64,000 nucleotides of DNA from contig CAWCVB010000005.1 in NCBI GenBank assembly GCA_963798915.1, positions 185,291-249,290 on the forward strand, written 5' to 3'. Position numbers and translations under genes: made by a program. The notes beneath the pieces were generated by a model. That model was not told the DNA's origin and searched no databases. It saw only the letters and a program-made list of their open reading frames with translations. Below, one piece after another: positions 50,319 to 60,359 of the stretch. Positions within the stretch are counted from its first letter, which is position 1. Every line of letters begins with the position of its first letter. The stretch is from an uncultured Gemmatimonadales bacterium. GTDB lineage: Bacteria; Gemmatimonadota; Gemmatimonadetes; Gemmatimonadales; GWC2-71-9.

Positions 50319-51176
50319 TCAGGCCTCCGCGCCGGCCTCGACACCGTGCGGCGTGCCGGGCTTGGTGAGTACGACCCCGATGCTGGGCCGGGCGGCGCCT
50401 CGCCGTCGGCTGCGGGCGAACTCGTCACGCTGCCAGCCGTCGTACCAGGCCATCACCGCCTCCGGGGCCATCCCGCCCAGCCCGGGCTGCAGCAGGTGGA
50501 CGCCGCCGGCGCACGTGATTTCCTGAATTTGCCGGATGAAGACCGCGCGATCGGCCGGTTCGACCTCGCCGAGCGATGAGGCATCGAGCACCACCAGGTC
50601 AAGTTCCGACGGGAAGGCCGGCATCCAGCATCCTGGCTGCACGAAATAACATTCAGCCGTTCCGGCCAGCGCTTCGCCCGCCAGTCCCGATTCAACCTTG
50701 TCCACGCTGCCAAGATCGGCGGCAATGAACGTCACCAGCGCGTCATGCGCCGCCAGCAGATACGCCGCCGGCGCCGCGCCTGCACCTGCCACCAGCACCA
50801 CGTCCTCTGGCTCGATTCTTGGCAGCAGCGCCGCCAGGGCGCAATCCGGCTCGAGGCCCCAGTGGGTCGGCTCGCGCTGCGCGCGCCGCCGCTGGGCATG
50901 CTGCTGTTTCCACTTGTTGAAGGTGGGAAGCCGGAGCCGCTTGATGATGAGCCGGTCCACGGCTTCCTGCATCAGCACTTCGGTGAGCAGAAACTGGCCG
51001 GAGAAGGCATCCTGCATCTCGCTCGCCGCCTCGCCTCCGATCTCAAGCAGGCGGGAGCGTCCAAGCGAATTCTTGTAGGTCTCGATGCGCTGCAGCACAT
51101 ATTCGTGATAATGCTGCTTCAACGACGGCGGCGGACGCCGTGGCCGGGTACGCCGGGTTTCGGTGCCCCTCAGCAT
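50319..51176 (-). CDS. Hypothetical protein: helical N-terminal domain plus a degenerate methyltransferase-like fold
   Basis: Long ORF coupled to both neighbours; VLVAGAG.., LDLVVLD, R..FI..IQ.IT..GG.H pattern. Confidence 0.65.
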   Translation of the reverse strand: MLRGTETRRTRPRRPPPSLKQHYHEYVLQRIETYKNSLGRSRLLEIGGEAASEMQDAFSGQFLLTEVLMQEAVDRLIIKRLRLPTFNKWKQQHAQRRRAQREPTHWGLEPDCALAALLPRIEPEDVVLVAGAGAAPAAYLLAAHDALVTFIAADLGSVDKVESGLAGEALAGTAECYFVQPGCWMPAFPSELDLVVLDASSLGEVEPADRAVFIRQIQEITCAGGVHLLQPGLGGMAPEAVMAWYDGWQRDEFARSRRRGAARPSIGVVLTKPGTPHGVEAGAEA

Positions 51177-52042
51177 GGTTCCACGTGGACGACGACTTCC
51201 TGGAACTGCAGCGACTGGCGCAACTGTACCTCCACGGCATCTGCGATGCCATGTGCGCTGGCGACATCGGAGTGGCCGTCCACGGCTATCGTGAGCTCCG
51301 CAAACAAGGTGGCGGCCGCTCCACGCGACCGGATGGAATAGGCAGCCCGGACGCCGGGCACCTGCTCGGCCTCGCGCTTGATGGTCTGGGCATCGTAGGC
51401 GCGTTCATCCACCAGCGTCGGCAGTGTGCGCCGCACAATGTGATATCCGGCCCGGGCCACCATCACAGCCACCAGAATGGCCAGCGCCGGGTCGGCCCAC
51501 CTCAGCCCCAGCCGGCTCATGAGAAGGCCGCCGAGCACCGCTACGGTGATCAGGACATCGATGCGGGTGTGCACCGCGTCCGCCAGGAGCAATTCGCTGC
51601 TCAGCCGCCGGCCGGCGCGACTCTCCGCAACCGTGACGACGACATTGAGGACCAGGGTGACGCCCATCAGCGCCAAGCTGCCCATCGCAACGGTCGGCGG
51701 TTCCGACCCCTCGACCAGCCGTGCCACAGCCCCACGCAGCAACTCGAAGATGGACACCGACAGAAAAACCACGATCAGCAGCGCGCCGACGGTTTCGAAC
51801 TTGGCGTGGCCGTAGGGATGCTCGGCGTCGGGTCCCTTGGCCGCCACCGCCATGATCACAAGGCCCAGCCCATTGTTCACCGCGTCGAGCGATGCCTGGA
51901 TCAGGTCGCCCACGACTGCGAGCGATCCGGTAGCCACGGCGACAAACGCCTTGATGACCACGACGACCAGGTTCGCACCCAGGATCACGAGCAGCACGCG
52001 ACGAATCTGCTGCTCGCGATCCGGGGTCACGGTGCGTGGCAT
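51170..52042 (-). CDS. Cation diffusion facilitator family transporter
   Basis: TGSLAV, PDAEHPYGHAKFE, LLADAVHTRID, WADP, VVVHVEP. Confidence 0.93.
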   Translation of the reverse strand: MPRTVTPDREQQIRRVLLVILGANLVVVVIKAFVAVATGSLAVVGDLIQASLDAVNNGLGLVIMAVAAKGPDAEHPYGHAKFETVGALLIVVFLSVSIFELLRGAVARLVEGSEPPTVAMGSLALMGVTLVLNVVVTVAESRAGRRLSSELLLADAVHTRIDVLITVAVLGGLLMSRLGLRWADPALAILVAVMVARAGYHIVRRTLPTLVDERAYDAQTIKREAEQVPGVRAAYSIRSRGAAATLFAELTIAVDGHSDVASAHGIADAVEVQLRQSLQFQEVVVHVEPC

Positions 52043-52143
52043 GGGTCTAAAGGTGGACCCTTCGAGGAACCGCTGTCAATGCGGTTCCCCCGGACGGGCG
52101 GCCAGAGCATTTTGCAGCATCCTCCAGACAGCGAGCTGCCTCT

Positions 52144-52800
52144 GTGCGACGACTGACGCCCGGGTTTGCCTTCCTGCTGGCCGCGCTCGCGTTCGGCCTC
52201 TGGGCCCTGCCGCACCTTCCGGCCCGGGTCGCCTCCCACTGGAGTCTGGCCGGCGAGCCGGATGGGACGATGAGCAGGGCGATTGCGGCGGTCTTCCTCC
52301 CGCTCGTCGGCGCAGTGCTCGGATTGGCCTTCGCGCTGCTGCCACGCACCGATCCGCGGCGTGAAGGACTGCTGCACGGCGGAGTCTGGTGGACCCTGGG
52401 CAACGCTGTCATGATCCTGCTCGCCATCCTGCATGTCGCCCTGCTCGGCTACAACCTCGGATGGCCGGTCTCGATGCCTGGCGTGGCGCTGGGCGGGGCC
52501 GGCCTGCTGTTCATTCTAGTCGGGTTTCTCATGCCGCAGATGCGACCCAACTGGTTCATGGGTATTCGGACGCCCTGGACGCTTACGAGCGATACCGTGT
52601 GGCGGCGGACCCACGCGCTGGCCGGCCGCGTTTTCGCCGCGGCCGGGGCAGTGCTCGTGGTGCTTGCCTTCCTGCAGCCGGATCATGTTGCCGCCATGCT
52701 GGGGATCGTCATCGCAGTTGCCGTGCTGGTGCCGGTCATTGCATCCTATCTCCTCTGGCGCCATGAGCGCGTGCATGCCGTATCGGGAACATCCGAGTGA
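52144..52800 (+). CDS. SdpI family (DUF1648 + SdpI) immunity-like membrane protein
   Basis: LPARVASHWSLAGEPDG, PNWFMGIRTPWTL.S..VW..TH. Confidence 0.88.
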   Translation: MRRLTPGFAFLLAALAFGLWALPHLPARVASHWSLAGEPDGTMSRAIAAVFLPLVGAVLGLAFALLPRTDPRREGLLHGGVWWTLGNAVMILLAILHVALLGYNLGWPVSMPGVALGGAGLLFILVGFLMPQMRPNWFMGIRTPWTLTSDTVWRRTHALAGRVFAAAGAVLVVLAFLQPDHVAAMLGIVIAVAVLVPVIASYLLWRHERVHAVSGTSE

Positions 52801-53804
52801 GGCATCGCTGGCTTCTCCCGGTCATTGCCCTGGCCCTGCTTCCGTCGACCAGCCTGGCCCAGAGTGACCCGCCTCTGCCTGCGGGTCTCGTCGAGCGGCC
52901 CGTCACCATTGGCGAGCGCGGACTGCCGGGTATCGTGACGTTTCCAAGCGGGGCGGCCCGCCTGCCCGGTGTGGTACTGGTGCATGGCTCGGGCGCGCAT
53001 GACCGTGATGAGACCATCGGGCCCAACAAGCCCTTTCGCGACCTGGCGTGGGGCCTGGCCGCGCGCGGCATCGCCGTGCTGCGCTACGACAAGCGGAGTG
53101 CCGTGGCGCCCTTGTCGTTCCTGGGCACGCCATTCACGGTGCGGGAGGAAGTGCTTGATGACGCGGCGGCAGCTATCGCGCTGCTCCGGACAAGCCCGGA
53201 GGTCGATTCCACGCGGGTAGTCGTCCTGGGCCACAGCCTGGGTGGGACACTCGCGCCACGAGTGGCGCAGCTTGCGCCGGGCACTGCCGGCATCGTCATC
53301 ATGGCGGGCGCCACGGCGCCGCTTACCGACATGATCATCCGGCAACTGCACTATCTGGCGGCTCAGTCCGGCGCTGATTCCGTCACCGCCTCACGGCGGT
53401 TTGCCGGCATCGAAGGCCTGGTCGGCCGCATCCGGGCGCTGGCGCCGGCAGACTCCCTCTCCACGGTACTTCTGCTGGGTGCCCCGGCCAGCTACTGGCT
53501 GGACCTCCAACGGGTAAATCCGGTGGCGGTCGCGGACTCGCTCGGATTGCCGATGCTCATCCTGCATGGTGGTCGGGATTACCAGGTCACGAGTGCCGAG
53601 GCCGCAGGCTGGCGCGACGCTCTGGGCGGGAGGCCGAGCGTGACGTTCCGCGAATATCCTCAACTCAATCACCTGTTCATGACCGGAAGCGGGCCATCGT
53701 CACCGGCGGAGTACGGCGTGCCCGGGCACGTCTCCAGCGACGTGATCAATGACATTGCCGGCTGGCTGCAAGCACTCACGCCGCGGCCAGCACCGCGCCC
53801 TTGA
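52797..53804 (+). CDS. Secreted alpha/beta hydrolase
   Basis: Signal peptide, HGSGAHDRD, GHSLG nucleophile, GGRDYQV, LNHLF. Confidence 0.9.
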   Translation: MRHRWLLPVIALALLPSTSLAQSDPPLPAGLVERPVTIGERGLPGIVTFPSGAARLPGVVLVHGSGAHDRDETIGPNKPFRDLAWGLAARGIAVLRYDKRSAVAPLSFLGTPFTVREEVLDDAAAAIALLRTSPEVDSTRVVVLGHSLGGTLAPRVAQLAPGTAGIVIMAGATAPLTDMIIRQLHYLAAQSGADSVTASRRFAGIEGLVGRIRALAPADSLSTVLLLGAPASYWLDLQRVNPVAVADSLGLPMLILHGGRDYQVTSAEAAGWRDALGGRPSVTFREYPQLNHLFMTGSGPSSPAEYGVPGHVSSDVINDIAGWLQALTPRPAPRP

Positions 53805-54934
53805 GGTAGCCTGTCTCGGGTATGGTCAGGACTTCAGGGTGGTCGATGCCCTGTCCCAGCACCTCCCTGAGGATCATGCGCCGGCCTGAGTCGCCCGCGG
53901 CCATGGTGAGCATGTCGAGAAACTGCTGTCGGCCGACGTGAAATGAGCATGACGCCGTGACGAGCATGCCGCCTGGCGCGAGCAGCCGCATTGCCCGGAG
54001 GTTGATTTCGCGATAGCCGCGCAGGGCCTCGGGCACGGCGCGGCGCGACTTGGCGAAGGCGGGCGGATCGAGCGTGATCAGGTCAAACCGCTCACCGGCG
54101 CGTTCCATGCTCCGGAGCGACTCGAACGCATCGGCTACGCGCCACTCGATGTTGTGCATGTCATTGAGTTCAGCATTCACCACACCGCGCTCGAGTGCGG
54201 CACTGCTGCTGTCCAGCGCAAGCACATGCCGGGCTCGTCGCGCGAGGTGCAGCGCAAACGATCCATGGTAGCTGAAGCAGTCGAGCGCCCGTCCGCCGCG
54301 CGGCGTGAGGGCGCCGGCCAGCAGCCGGGCCGGTCGCTGGTCGAGAAATGCCCCCGTTTTCTGGCCGGTCCAGGGCGCGGCCAGGTAGCGGACCTCGTCC
54401 TCGCGGACTTCGACGAATTCGGGCACCTGGCCGGCGGCCAGCTCCACCTGTTGGTCGAGGCCCTCCTTGCGCCGTACCGGCACGTCATGGCGCAGCAGAA
54501 CGCCTGCGGGTGTCAGCACCTGGTCGATCGCCTCGAGAATCAGGTGCCGCTGCGTCTCGATCCCGGCGGAGAGCAGTTGCACGACGACCCACCGGTCGTA
54601 GCGGTCCACCACCAGCGAGGGAAGCCCGTCACCTTCGCCGTGGACGATGCGAAAGGCCGATGCGTCGATCCCGGCGCGGCGCTCGAATGCCGCAGTGAGC
54701 CGCTCGCGCCACCATGCCGCGTCGATGCGGCGGTCGCTGCGTTCGAGCAGCCGCAACTGAATCTCGGAGCGGGGCGAGATAGAGCGCCTGCCCCAGGTAG
54801 CGTCCCCGCTGATCTGAGACCGGCACGACGCCGGCCTCGGCTGGCGCCTCGATGACGTCACTGCGGAAGATCCAGGGATGGCCGCGGACCCAGCGTTCCG
54901 CGCCACGTGCACTCACCGTCGCGAGCGGAGTCAT
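53776..54934 (-). CDS. RlmI-like SAM-dependent rRNA methyltransferase (frameshift at ~54785)
   Basis: GHPWIFRSD (PUA domain), GEGDGLP, GQKTGAFLDQR, LDPPAF, SCS, PETGYLK. Confidence 0.88.
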
Positions 54935-54970
54935 CTGGCTCGCCGTCCACGGTCCTGTTTGATTGCTGAC

Positions 54971-55597
54971 ATGCCTGCAAATCTAGCGGCCACGGTGCGG
55001 CTGATGCTGGTGACCGACGATCGTTTTCTGCCGGAAGCCCGCCTGATGCGTGCCGTGGAAGCCGCGGTGCTGGGCGGAGTCACGTCAGTCCAGCTTCGGC
55101 TGAAGACGGTAGGTTCCCGCCAGCTTCTGCACATGGCGCGGGCGATGGTCTTTCACCTGCCGGTGCCCGTGATCATCAACGACCGGCCCGATGTGGCGCG
55201 GGCGGCGCGAGCCGCCGGCATCCATCTCGGCCCGGATGACCTGTCGGTGGAGCATGCCCGCCGGGCGTGGCCTGATGTGCCCATTGTCGGCGCGTCGGTC
55301 GGCTCGGCCGCTGAGATGGAGGCCGGTGCTGCGGCGGATTATTGGGGCGTGGGTCCATGGCGCACCACGAGCACCAAGCCGGATGCCGGCCAGGCGTTGG
55401 GCGACGAAGGATTGCGGTCTCTGGTTGCGAGGGCGGGCGTCAGGCCCTGCATCGCGATCGGTGGCGTAACCCCCGGAGACGTGGCCGCCATCATGGCGGC
55501 GGGCGCTTCGGGTGTGGCGGTGGTGTCGGGCATCCTGGCCGCCGCCGACGTCACCGCGGCCGCCCGCACCTATGCCGCCGAACTCAGCCGTGCGTAA
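54971..55597 (+). CDS. thiE: Thiamine-phosphate synthase
   Basis: VQLRLK, IINDRPD, GIHLGPDD, TSTKPDA, AIGG, GVAVVSGI. Confidence 0.92.
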   Translation: MPANLAATVRLMLVTDDRFLPEARLMRAVEAAVLGGVTSVQLRLKTVGSRQLLHMARAMVFHLPVPVIINDRPDVARAARAAGIHLGPDDLSVEHARRAWPDVPIVGASVGSAAEMEAGAAADYWGVGPWRTTSTKPDAGQALGDEGLRSLVARAGVRPCIAIGGVTPGDVAAIMAAGASGVAVVSGILAAADVTAAARTYAAELSRA

Positions 55598-55602
55598 GGC
55601 GC

Positions 55603-56637
55603 CTATCGGCTCGAAGGGTTGGGGAGCGCGGGACGCGAGTCTCGCTCGGCGGCAGCTTCAGCGGCAGAGGAATTTCGTACCAGCCTGATGGCGCGCAGAT
55701 GCTCCTGATAGGTGCGGGAAAAGACGTGGTGGCCATCGGGCCGGGCCACGAAATACAGATATGGCACGTCCGCCGGGTATAGTGCGGCCTCGATGCTGCG
55801 GACGCTCGGCGAATTGACCGGTCCGGGCGGGAGCCCCGGGTACAAGTAGGTGTTGTAGGGTGAGGGAGTCCGGTAATCCTTGGTGAACAGCCGCTTCTTG
55901 CGCTCACCGGTGGCCAACTGGATGGCATACTGGACTGTCGGATCCGCCTGCAGCGCCATCCCGATACGCAGGCGGTTGTGGTACACGCCAGCAATGGTCT
56001 CCCGCTCCTCGTCCACGCGGGCTTCCCCTTCGACAATCGATGCCAGCGTGACGACCTGCAGCTTCGACAGCTGCACGGTGTCAAGCCGTGCAGTCCATTC
56101 CTGTTTCCAGGCGTCCTGGAACTGGCTCACCATCAGCGAGATCAGCTCCTGAGCGCTCGAGGACGACGCCAGCAGGTATGTGTCCGGGTGCAGGAACCCC
56201 TCCAGGCTCGGTGCGCGGATGCCGATCGAATCGGCCAGGGCGCTGTCATGCGCGGCCCGGACCACTGAATCGGCCGGAATGTCGAGCTCGCGCTCGGCAA
56301 GCTCCGCGACGTCGGCAATGGTGAGGCCCTCCGGCACCGTCAGCCGGACGGAGGCCGTGCGACCTTCGGCCAGCATCGAGAGCAGCGCGCCGGCTGACAT
56401 GCCGCGGCTTGCCGTGTAGCGGCCGGCATGCATCCGGCGATCAACGCGGGACAGGCGCGCGCGCACCTTGAGCAGGAATCGATTGCCGACCAGCCCGTGT
56501 GCGTCGAGGGTGTCGAGCACCTGGGCGAAGCTGGCGTGTTCCGGCACGGTAAAATGTTCCGCCTTGCCAGGCGGCCCCGGCGCGGCACAGGCAGACACCA
56601 GGGGCAGAGCAAGCAGGGCCAGCCGAGTCGGCTTCAC
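55603..56637 (-). CDS. mltG: Endolytic transglycosylase MltG
   Basis: TVPEG, LEGFLHPDTY, LASIVEGE, LQADPTV, SPYNTY..PGLPPGP. Confidence 0.95.
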   Translation of the reverse strand: MKPTRLALLALPLVSACAAPGPPGKAEHFTVPEHASFAQVLDTLDAHGLVGNRFLLKVRARLSRVDRRMHAGRYTASRGMSAGALLSMLAEGRTASVRLTVPEGLTIADVAELAERELDIPADSVVRAAHDSALADSIGIRAPSLEGFLHPDTYLLASSSSAQELISLMVSQFQDAWKQEWTARLDTVQLSKLQVVTLASIVEGEARVDEERETIAGVYHNRLRIGMALQADPTVQYAIQLATGERKKRLFTKDYRTPSPYNTYLYPGLPPGPVNSPSVRSIEAALYPADVPYLYFVARPDGHHVFSRTYQEHLRAIRLVRNSSAAEAAAERDSRPALPNPSSR

Positions 56638-57077
56638 GGGGCCTTCCTGCGGCGAATGTCGAGAAACTGCTGCAGCAGGATGGCCGCAGCCATGGCGTCC
56701 ACGTCGGCCTTCCGGCCGCGCGTGGAACCTTGGAGCTCGCGGATAGTGCCAAGCGCCCGTGCGGTCGAAAATCGTTCATCCAGGAAGACGACCGGCAGTG
56801 CGGCCCGCTCGCCAGCCAGGTTGCCCATCTCGCGGGCGGCCTGAGCGGCAAGGCCTTCGTCCCCGTCCGACGTGAGGGGGAGTCCGACCACGAGCCCAAC
56901 GGGCTGTTCACGCTGGACCAGCGCGAGAAACGGGGGCATGGGAAACCGCTTGCCGGGGCGCCGTGAGAGGGTCTCAAGCGGACTGGCGATCAACTGGGTC
57001 TCGTCACTGAGCGCCAGCCCGATGCGCACCGCGCCCCAGTCAAGGGCGAGGATGCGGCCGGTGCACGGGATGGGCAT
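56634..57077 (-). CDS. ruvX: YqgF/RuvX pre-16S rRNA nuclease
   Basis: LALDWG..RIGLALSD, VVGLP, DERFST, VDAMAAAILLQ. Confidence 0.93.
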   Translation of the reverse strand: MPIPCTGRILALDWGAVRIGLALSDETQLIASPLETLSRRPGKRFPMPPFLALVQREQPVGLVVGLPLTSDGDEGLAAQAAREMGNLAGERAALPVVFLDERFSTARALGTIRELQGSTRGRKADVDAMAAAILLQQFLDIRRRKAP

Positions 57078-57116
57078 GATGTGATGAACCAATAGCCGCG
57101 GGTCTGAGACCTGCAG

Positions 57117-58364
57117 CTACTGTTGCATGCTCGCGAAGAATTCCTTGTTGCTCTTGGTGCGCTTCATCCGCTCAAGCAGGAACTCAATGGCTTCCACCGG
57201 CGGCATGTCCGCCAGGAAGTTGCGCAGCAGGTACACCCGGTTGAGCTCGTCCTTGTCCATGAGCAGCTCTTCCTTTCGGGTGCCGCTCTTCTGGATGTCG
57301 ATGGCGGGCCAGATGCGCCGGTCAGCCAGGCGCCGATCGAGCACCAGTTCCATGTTGCCGGTGCCCTTGAACTCCTCGAAAATCACCTCGTCCATCCGGC
57401 TGCCGGTGTCGACCAGGGCGGTCGCGAGGATGGTGAGGGAGCCGCCCTTGTCGATGTTGCGCGCGGCGCCGAAGAAACGCTTGGGCTTCTGCAACGCGTT
57501 GGCGTCGACACCACCGGAGAGAATCTTGCCGGAGTGGGGAACCACCACGTTGTGCGCCCTCGCCAGACGGGTGATGGAATCGAGCAGGATCACGACGTCA
57601 CGGCCGTGCTCAACCAGCCGCTTGGCCTTTTCGATTACCATGTCGGCGACCTGGACGTGGCGATCCGGCGGCTCGTCGAAGGTTGAGGAGATGACCTCGG
57701 CCTTGACGTTCTCCTCCATGTCGGTCACTTCCTCCGGACGCTCATCGATGAGGAGCACGATGAGCGCGATTTCCGGATGATTTTCCGAAATGGCATTGGC
57801 GAGTTTCTGGAGGAGAATGGTCTTGCCGGCCTTGGGGGGCGCGACGATCAGGCCGCGCTGGCCCATGCCGATCGGGGACAGGAGGTCCACCACCCGCATC
57901 GAGAGGTCGCCCGTCGCGCGCTCGAGCCGAATGCGGCGATCGGGATAGCGGGGCTTCAGGTTGTCGAAGGCAATCCGGTGCTTGGTTTTTTCCGGCTCCT
58001 CGAAGTTGACCTTCTCGACCTTGAGCAGGGCGAGGTAGCGTTCCCCTTCCTTGGGCGGCCGCACCTGGCCCATGACGGTGTCGCCAGTGCGGAGGTCGAA
58101 GCGCTTGATCTGGCTCGGACTGACATAGATGTCATCCGGACCGTAGAGGTAGTTCCAGTCCTGGCTGCGGAGGAAGCCGTAACCCTCGGGCAGGATTTCG
58201 AGCACACCCTCGCCCCGGATCACCGTGTCCCGATCCAGCAGCGACTGCTCGATCTTGAAGATGAGATCCTGCTTGCGGAGGCCTGAGTAGTTGGTGATGT
58301 TGAGTTCTTCGGCCAGGGCATGCAGCTCAGCGACCGACTTCTGCTTCAGTTCAGCGATATCCAC
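57117..58364 (-). CDS. rho: Transcription termination factor Rho
   Basis: [50 protein letters not shown]. Confidence 0.98.
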   Translation of the reverse strand: MDIAELKQKSVAELHALAEELNITNYSGLRKQDLIFKIEQSLLDRDTVIRGEGVLEILPEGYGFLRSQDWNYLYGPDDIYVSPSQIKRFDLRTGDTVMGQVRPPKEGERYLALLKVEKVNFEEPEKTKHRIAFDNLKPRYPDRRIRLERATGDLSMRVVDLLSPIGMGQRGLIVAPPKAGKTILLQKLANAISENHPEIALIVLLIDERPEEVTDMEENVKAEVISSTFDEPPDRHVQVADMVIEKAKRLVEHGRDVVILLDSITRLARAHNVVVPHSGKILSGGVDANALQKPKRFFGAARNIDKGGSLTILATALVDTGSRMDEVIFEEFKGTGNMELVLDRRLADRRIWPAIDIQKSGTRKEELLMDKDELNRVYLLRNFLADMPPVEAIEFLLERMKRTKSNKEFFASMQQ

Positions 58365-58531
58365 GGAAGGGACTCCGGCGAGGAGCGCCAGGCGGCAAGG
58401 CGCCGGGCAGATAGGAATGACAGGAGAAATTGCTCAGATATATGCGGATCGTCGATCCGGGGAAGCCCGGCGTGCTTGATCAGACTGGCTTGGGGAAAAA
58501 TGGCCGCGCAGGGTCTGGACTACAATGCTTA

Positions 58532-58560
58532 AACGTACGGTACGCCGTCCACGCCGTCAA
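58532..58560 (-). promoter_or_regulatory. Sigma-70-type promoter of rho
   Basis: TTGACG-N17-TACGTT on the minus strand, ~170 nt upstream of rho. Confidence 0.6.
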
Positions 58561-58568
58561 GAGGGTCG

Positions 58569-59726
58569 TTGAACGCCCCCGGCTTTGACGACCTGAGCCG
58601 GAACCTTGAGGCATGGCGGGTGGTCCGGCTTGGCGGGCGCGAATACGTCGATGCCGTCGTCGCACCAGGCCACCGTGGACCCTCGCCGGCCCTCGCGGCG
58701 GCACTCAAGCGCTGGCCGGGCGCCCACTACTGGACCGACCGTGGCCACGCCGGCCTGGTCCTCGTGCGGCCCATTGCCGGCGAGCGGGCCGAGCGCTGGT
58801 GGCTGCACCTGGTCCTGGGTCTGATTACGATCGTCTGCGCGCTGGGCGCAGGAGCTACGCTGGCTGGTGCCTGGGCGCCGACGGCCGAGATCAGCCGATA
58901 CGGTGCGCTGGGCGGCGCCGTCCTGAGCGGATTCCATTTCTTCGGCTATGTGCTCCAGGGCGGGTGGCGGGAGATCCTTCCGGGCGCGAGCTTTGCCTTT
59001 CCCCTGCTTTCCATTCTGCTGGTCCACGAGCTTGGCCACTACTTTACCGCCCGCAGGTACGGCATTGACACATCGCCGCCCTTCTTTCTGCCGGTCCCAC
59101 CCTCGCTCTCACCCATAGGCAGCCTGGGCGCCTTCATCCGCATGCGCTCGCCGGTTCTCGACCGGCGCCAGCTGCTGGACGTGGGTGCCGCCGGTCCACT
59201 GGCGGGCTTTGTGGTAACGCTGGTGGTCCTATGGGTCGGCTATGCGCATAGCGCAGGCCTGTCGCTTGGTCCTGAGACGGCTGGTGAATTCGTCACCTAT
59301 GCTGGGCGCGAGATCTATCTCGGCAATTCCATTCTGACCATGGCGCTGCACCGGCACTTTTTCCCTGACGCGGCCGCCGTGGCCCTCAGCCCCATGGCGT
59401 TCGCCGGCTGGGTGGGCGCCTTCGTGACGGCACTCAACCTGGTCCCGCTGAGCCAGCTCGACGGCGGGCATGTACTCTACGCCATGTTCGGCCGGCGCCA
59501 GACCACGATCGGGGCTGCCGCTCTCATCGCTCTGCTGCTGCTGGGTCGCTCCTCACCAAGCTGGTGGATCTGGGCCATCCTTGCCCTGCTCATTGGCGGT
59601 GGACGCTGGACCCACCCATCCGTACTCGCCCCTGAACGGCCGGTGCCGCCGGGCCGGCGCTGGATCGGCTGGGCCTGCGTCGTGGTCTTCATCCTGACAT
59701 TCGTTCCGGTGCCATTTACCCTGTAG
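58569..59726 (+). CDS. Site-2 protease (M50) family intramembrane metalloprotease
   Basis: HELGH, GAFI, AGPLAG, NLVPLSQLDGGH. Confidence 0.92.
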   Translation: MNAPGFDDLSRNLEAWRVVRLGGREYVDAVVAPGHRGPSPALAAALKRWPGAHYWTDRGHAGLVLVRPIAGERAERWWLHLVLGLITIVCALGAGATLAGAWAPTAEISRYGALGGAVLSGFHFFGYVLQGGWREILPGASFAFPLLSILLVHELGHYFTARRYGIDTSPPFFLPVPPSLSPIGSLGAFIRMRSPVLDRRQLLDVGAAGPLAGFVVTLVVLWVGYAHSAGLSLGPETAGEFVTYAGREIYLGNSILTMALHRHFFPDAAAVALSPMAFAGWVGAFVTALNLVPLSQLDGGHVLYAMFGRRQTTIGAAALIALLLLGRSSPSWWIWAILALLIGGGRWTHPSVLAPERPVPPGRRWIGWACVVVFILTFVPVPFTL

Positions 59727-59851
59727 GCCCAGCTTCTTCGCAGACCTGTATTGCGCATCCCCTTGTGGAATATCATCTTTGGACCATCCCCGGCCGTGAT
59801 GCTGCCAGCGGTTGGACCGGATGTCCCAGGCCGGATCCACGAGGAGATGCG

Positions 59852-60136
59852 ATGAGCCTGCTCAACGCCCGCTCGTCATCCCGCGACCCAAGCGATGTCC
59901 GCCAGTACGATTTGGACCAGCTGCGCCTGGATGGGCGGCAGGTGGCAATGGCGTTGATGGTTCGCCGAAGTGAGGACGGCACCTGGCGCGGTCGCCTCCA
60001 GTTCACCGATGCTGATTCCGGCGAGGAGCGTACGACCGCAGAAATCTTCTGCGGTCCACTCGAGGATGATCTGTGGCACTCACTGCAAGGCCTTCGCGAG
60101 CATCATATCCGGGATCTTTACCGATCGCTGGCCTGA
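59852..60136 (+). CDS. Small hypothetical protein (94 aa)
   Basis: GAGGAG RBS, ATG; beta-hairpin-like WRGRLQF followed by a helix ending LYRSL; abuts the next gene. Confidence 0.7.
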   Translation: MSLLNARSSSRDPSDVRQYDLDQLRLDGRQVAMALMVRRSEDGTWRGRLQFTDADSGEERTTAEIFCGPLEDDLWHSLQGLREHHIRDLYRSLA

Positions 60137-60358
60137 ATGGATGAACGCGATAACCTCTCCCGCCTGCGGCACGATCTTGCCAATCCACTCGCCGCGCTCC
60201 TGGCCGAGACTCAGCTGCTCCTGCTGAACGAGTCCGCCCTGGACGAGGAAACCCGCACCAGCCTGCGAGAGATCGAGAAGGCCGCCATTCGCATGCGCGC
60301 CATCCTCCGCGACTCGGTCACGCGCCCCGGCCAGCAGGACGCTACCGGCACGGCGTAG
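60137..60358 (+). CDS. Stand-alone histidine kinase dimerisation/phosphoacceptor (HisKA) domain protein
   Basis: LRHDLANPLAALL H-box helical hairpin, 73 aa, no ATPase domain. Confidence 0.8.
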   Translation: MDERDNLSRLRHDLANPLAALLAETQLLLLNESALDEETRTSLREIEKAAIRMRAILRDSVTRPGQQDATGTA

Positions 60359-60359
60359 G

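Noticed and set aside
48082..50526. 814-aa plus-strand ORF
   Set aside because: Antisense shadow of formate dehydrogenase.
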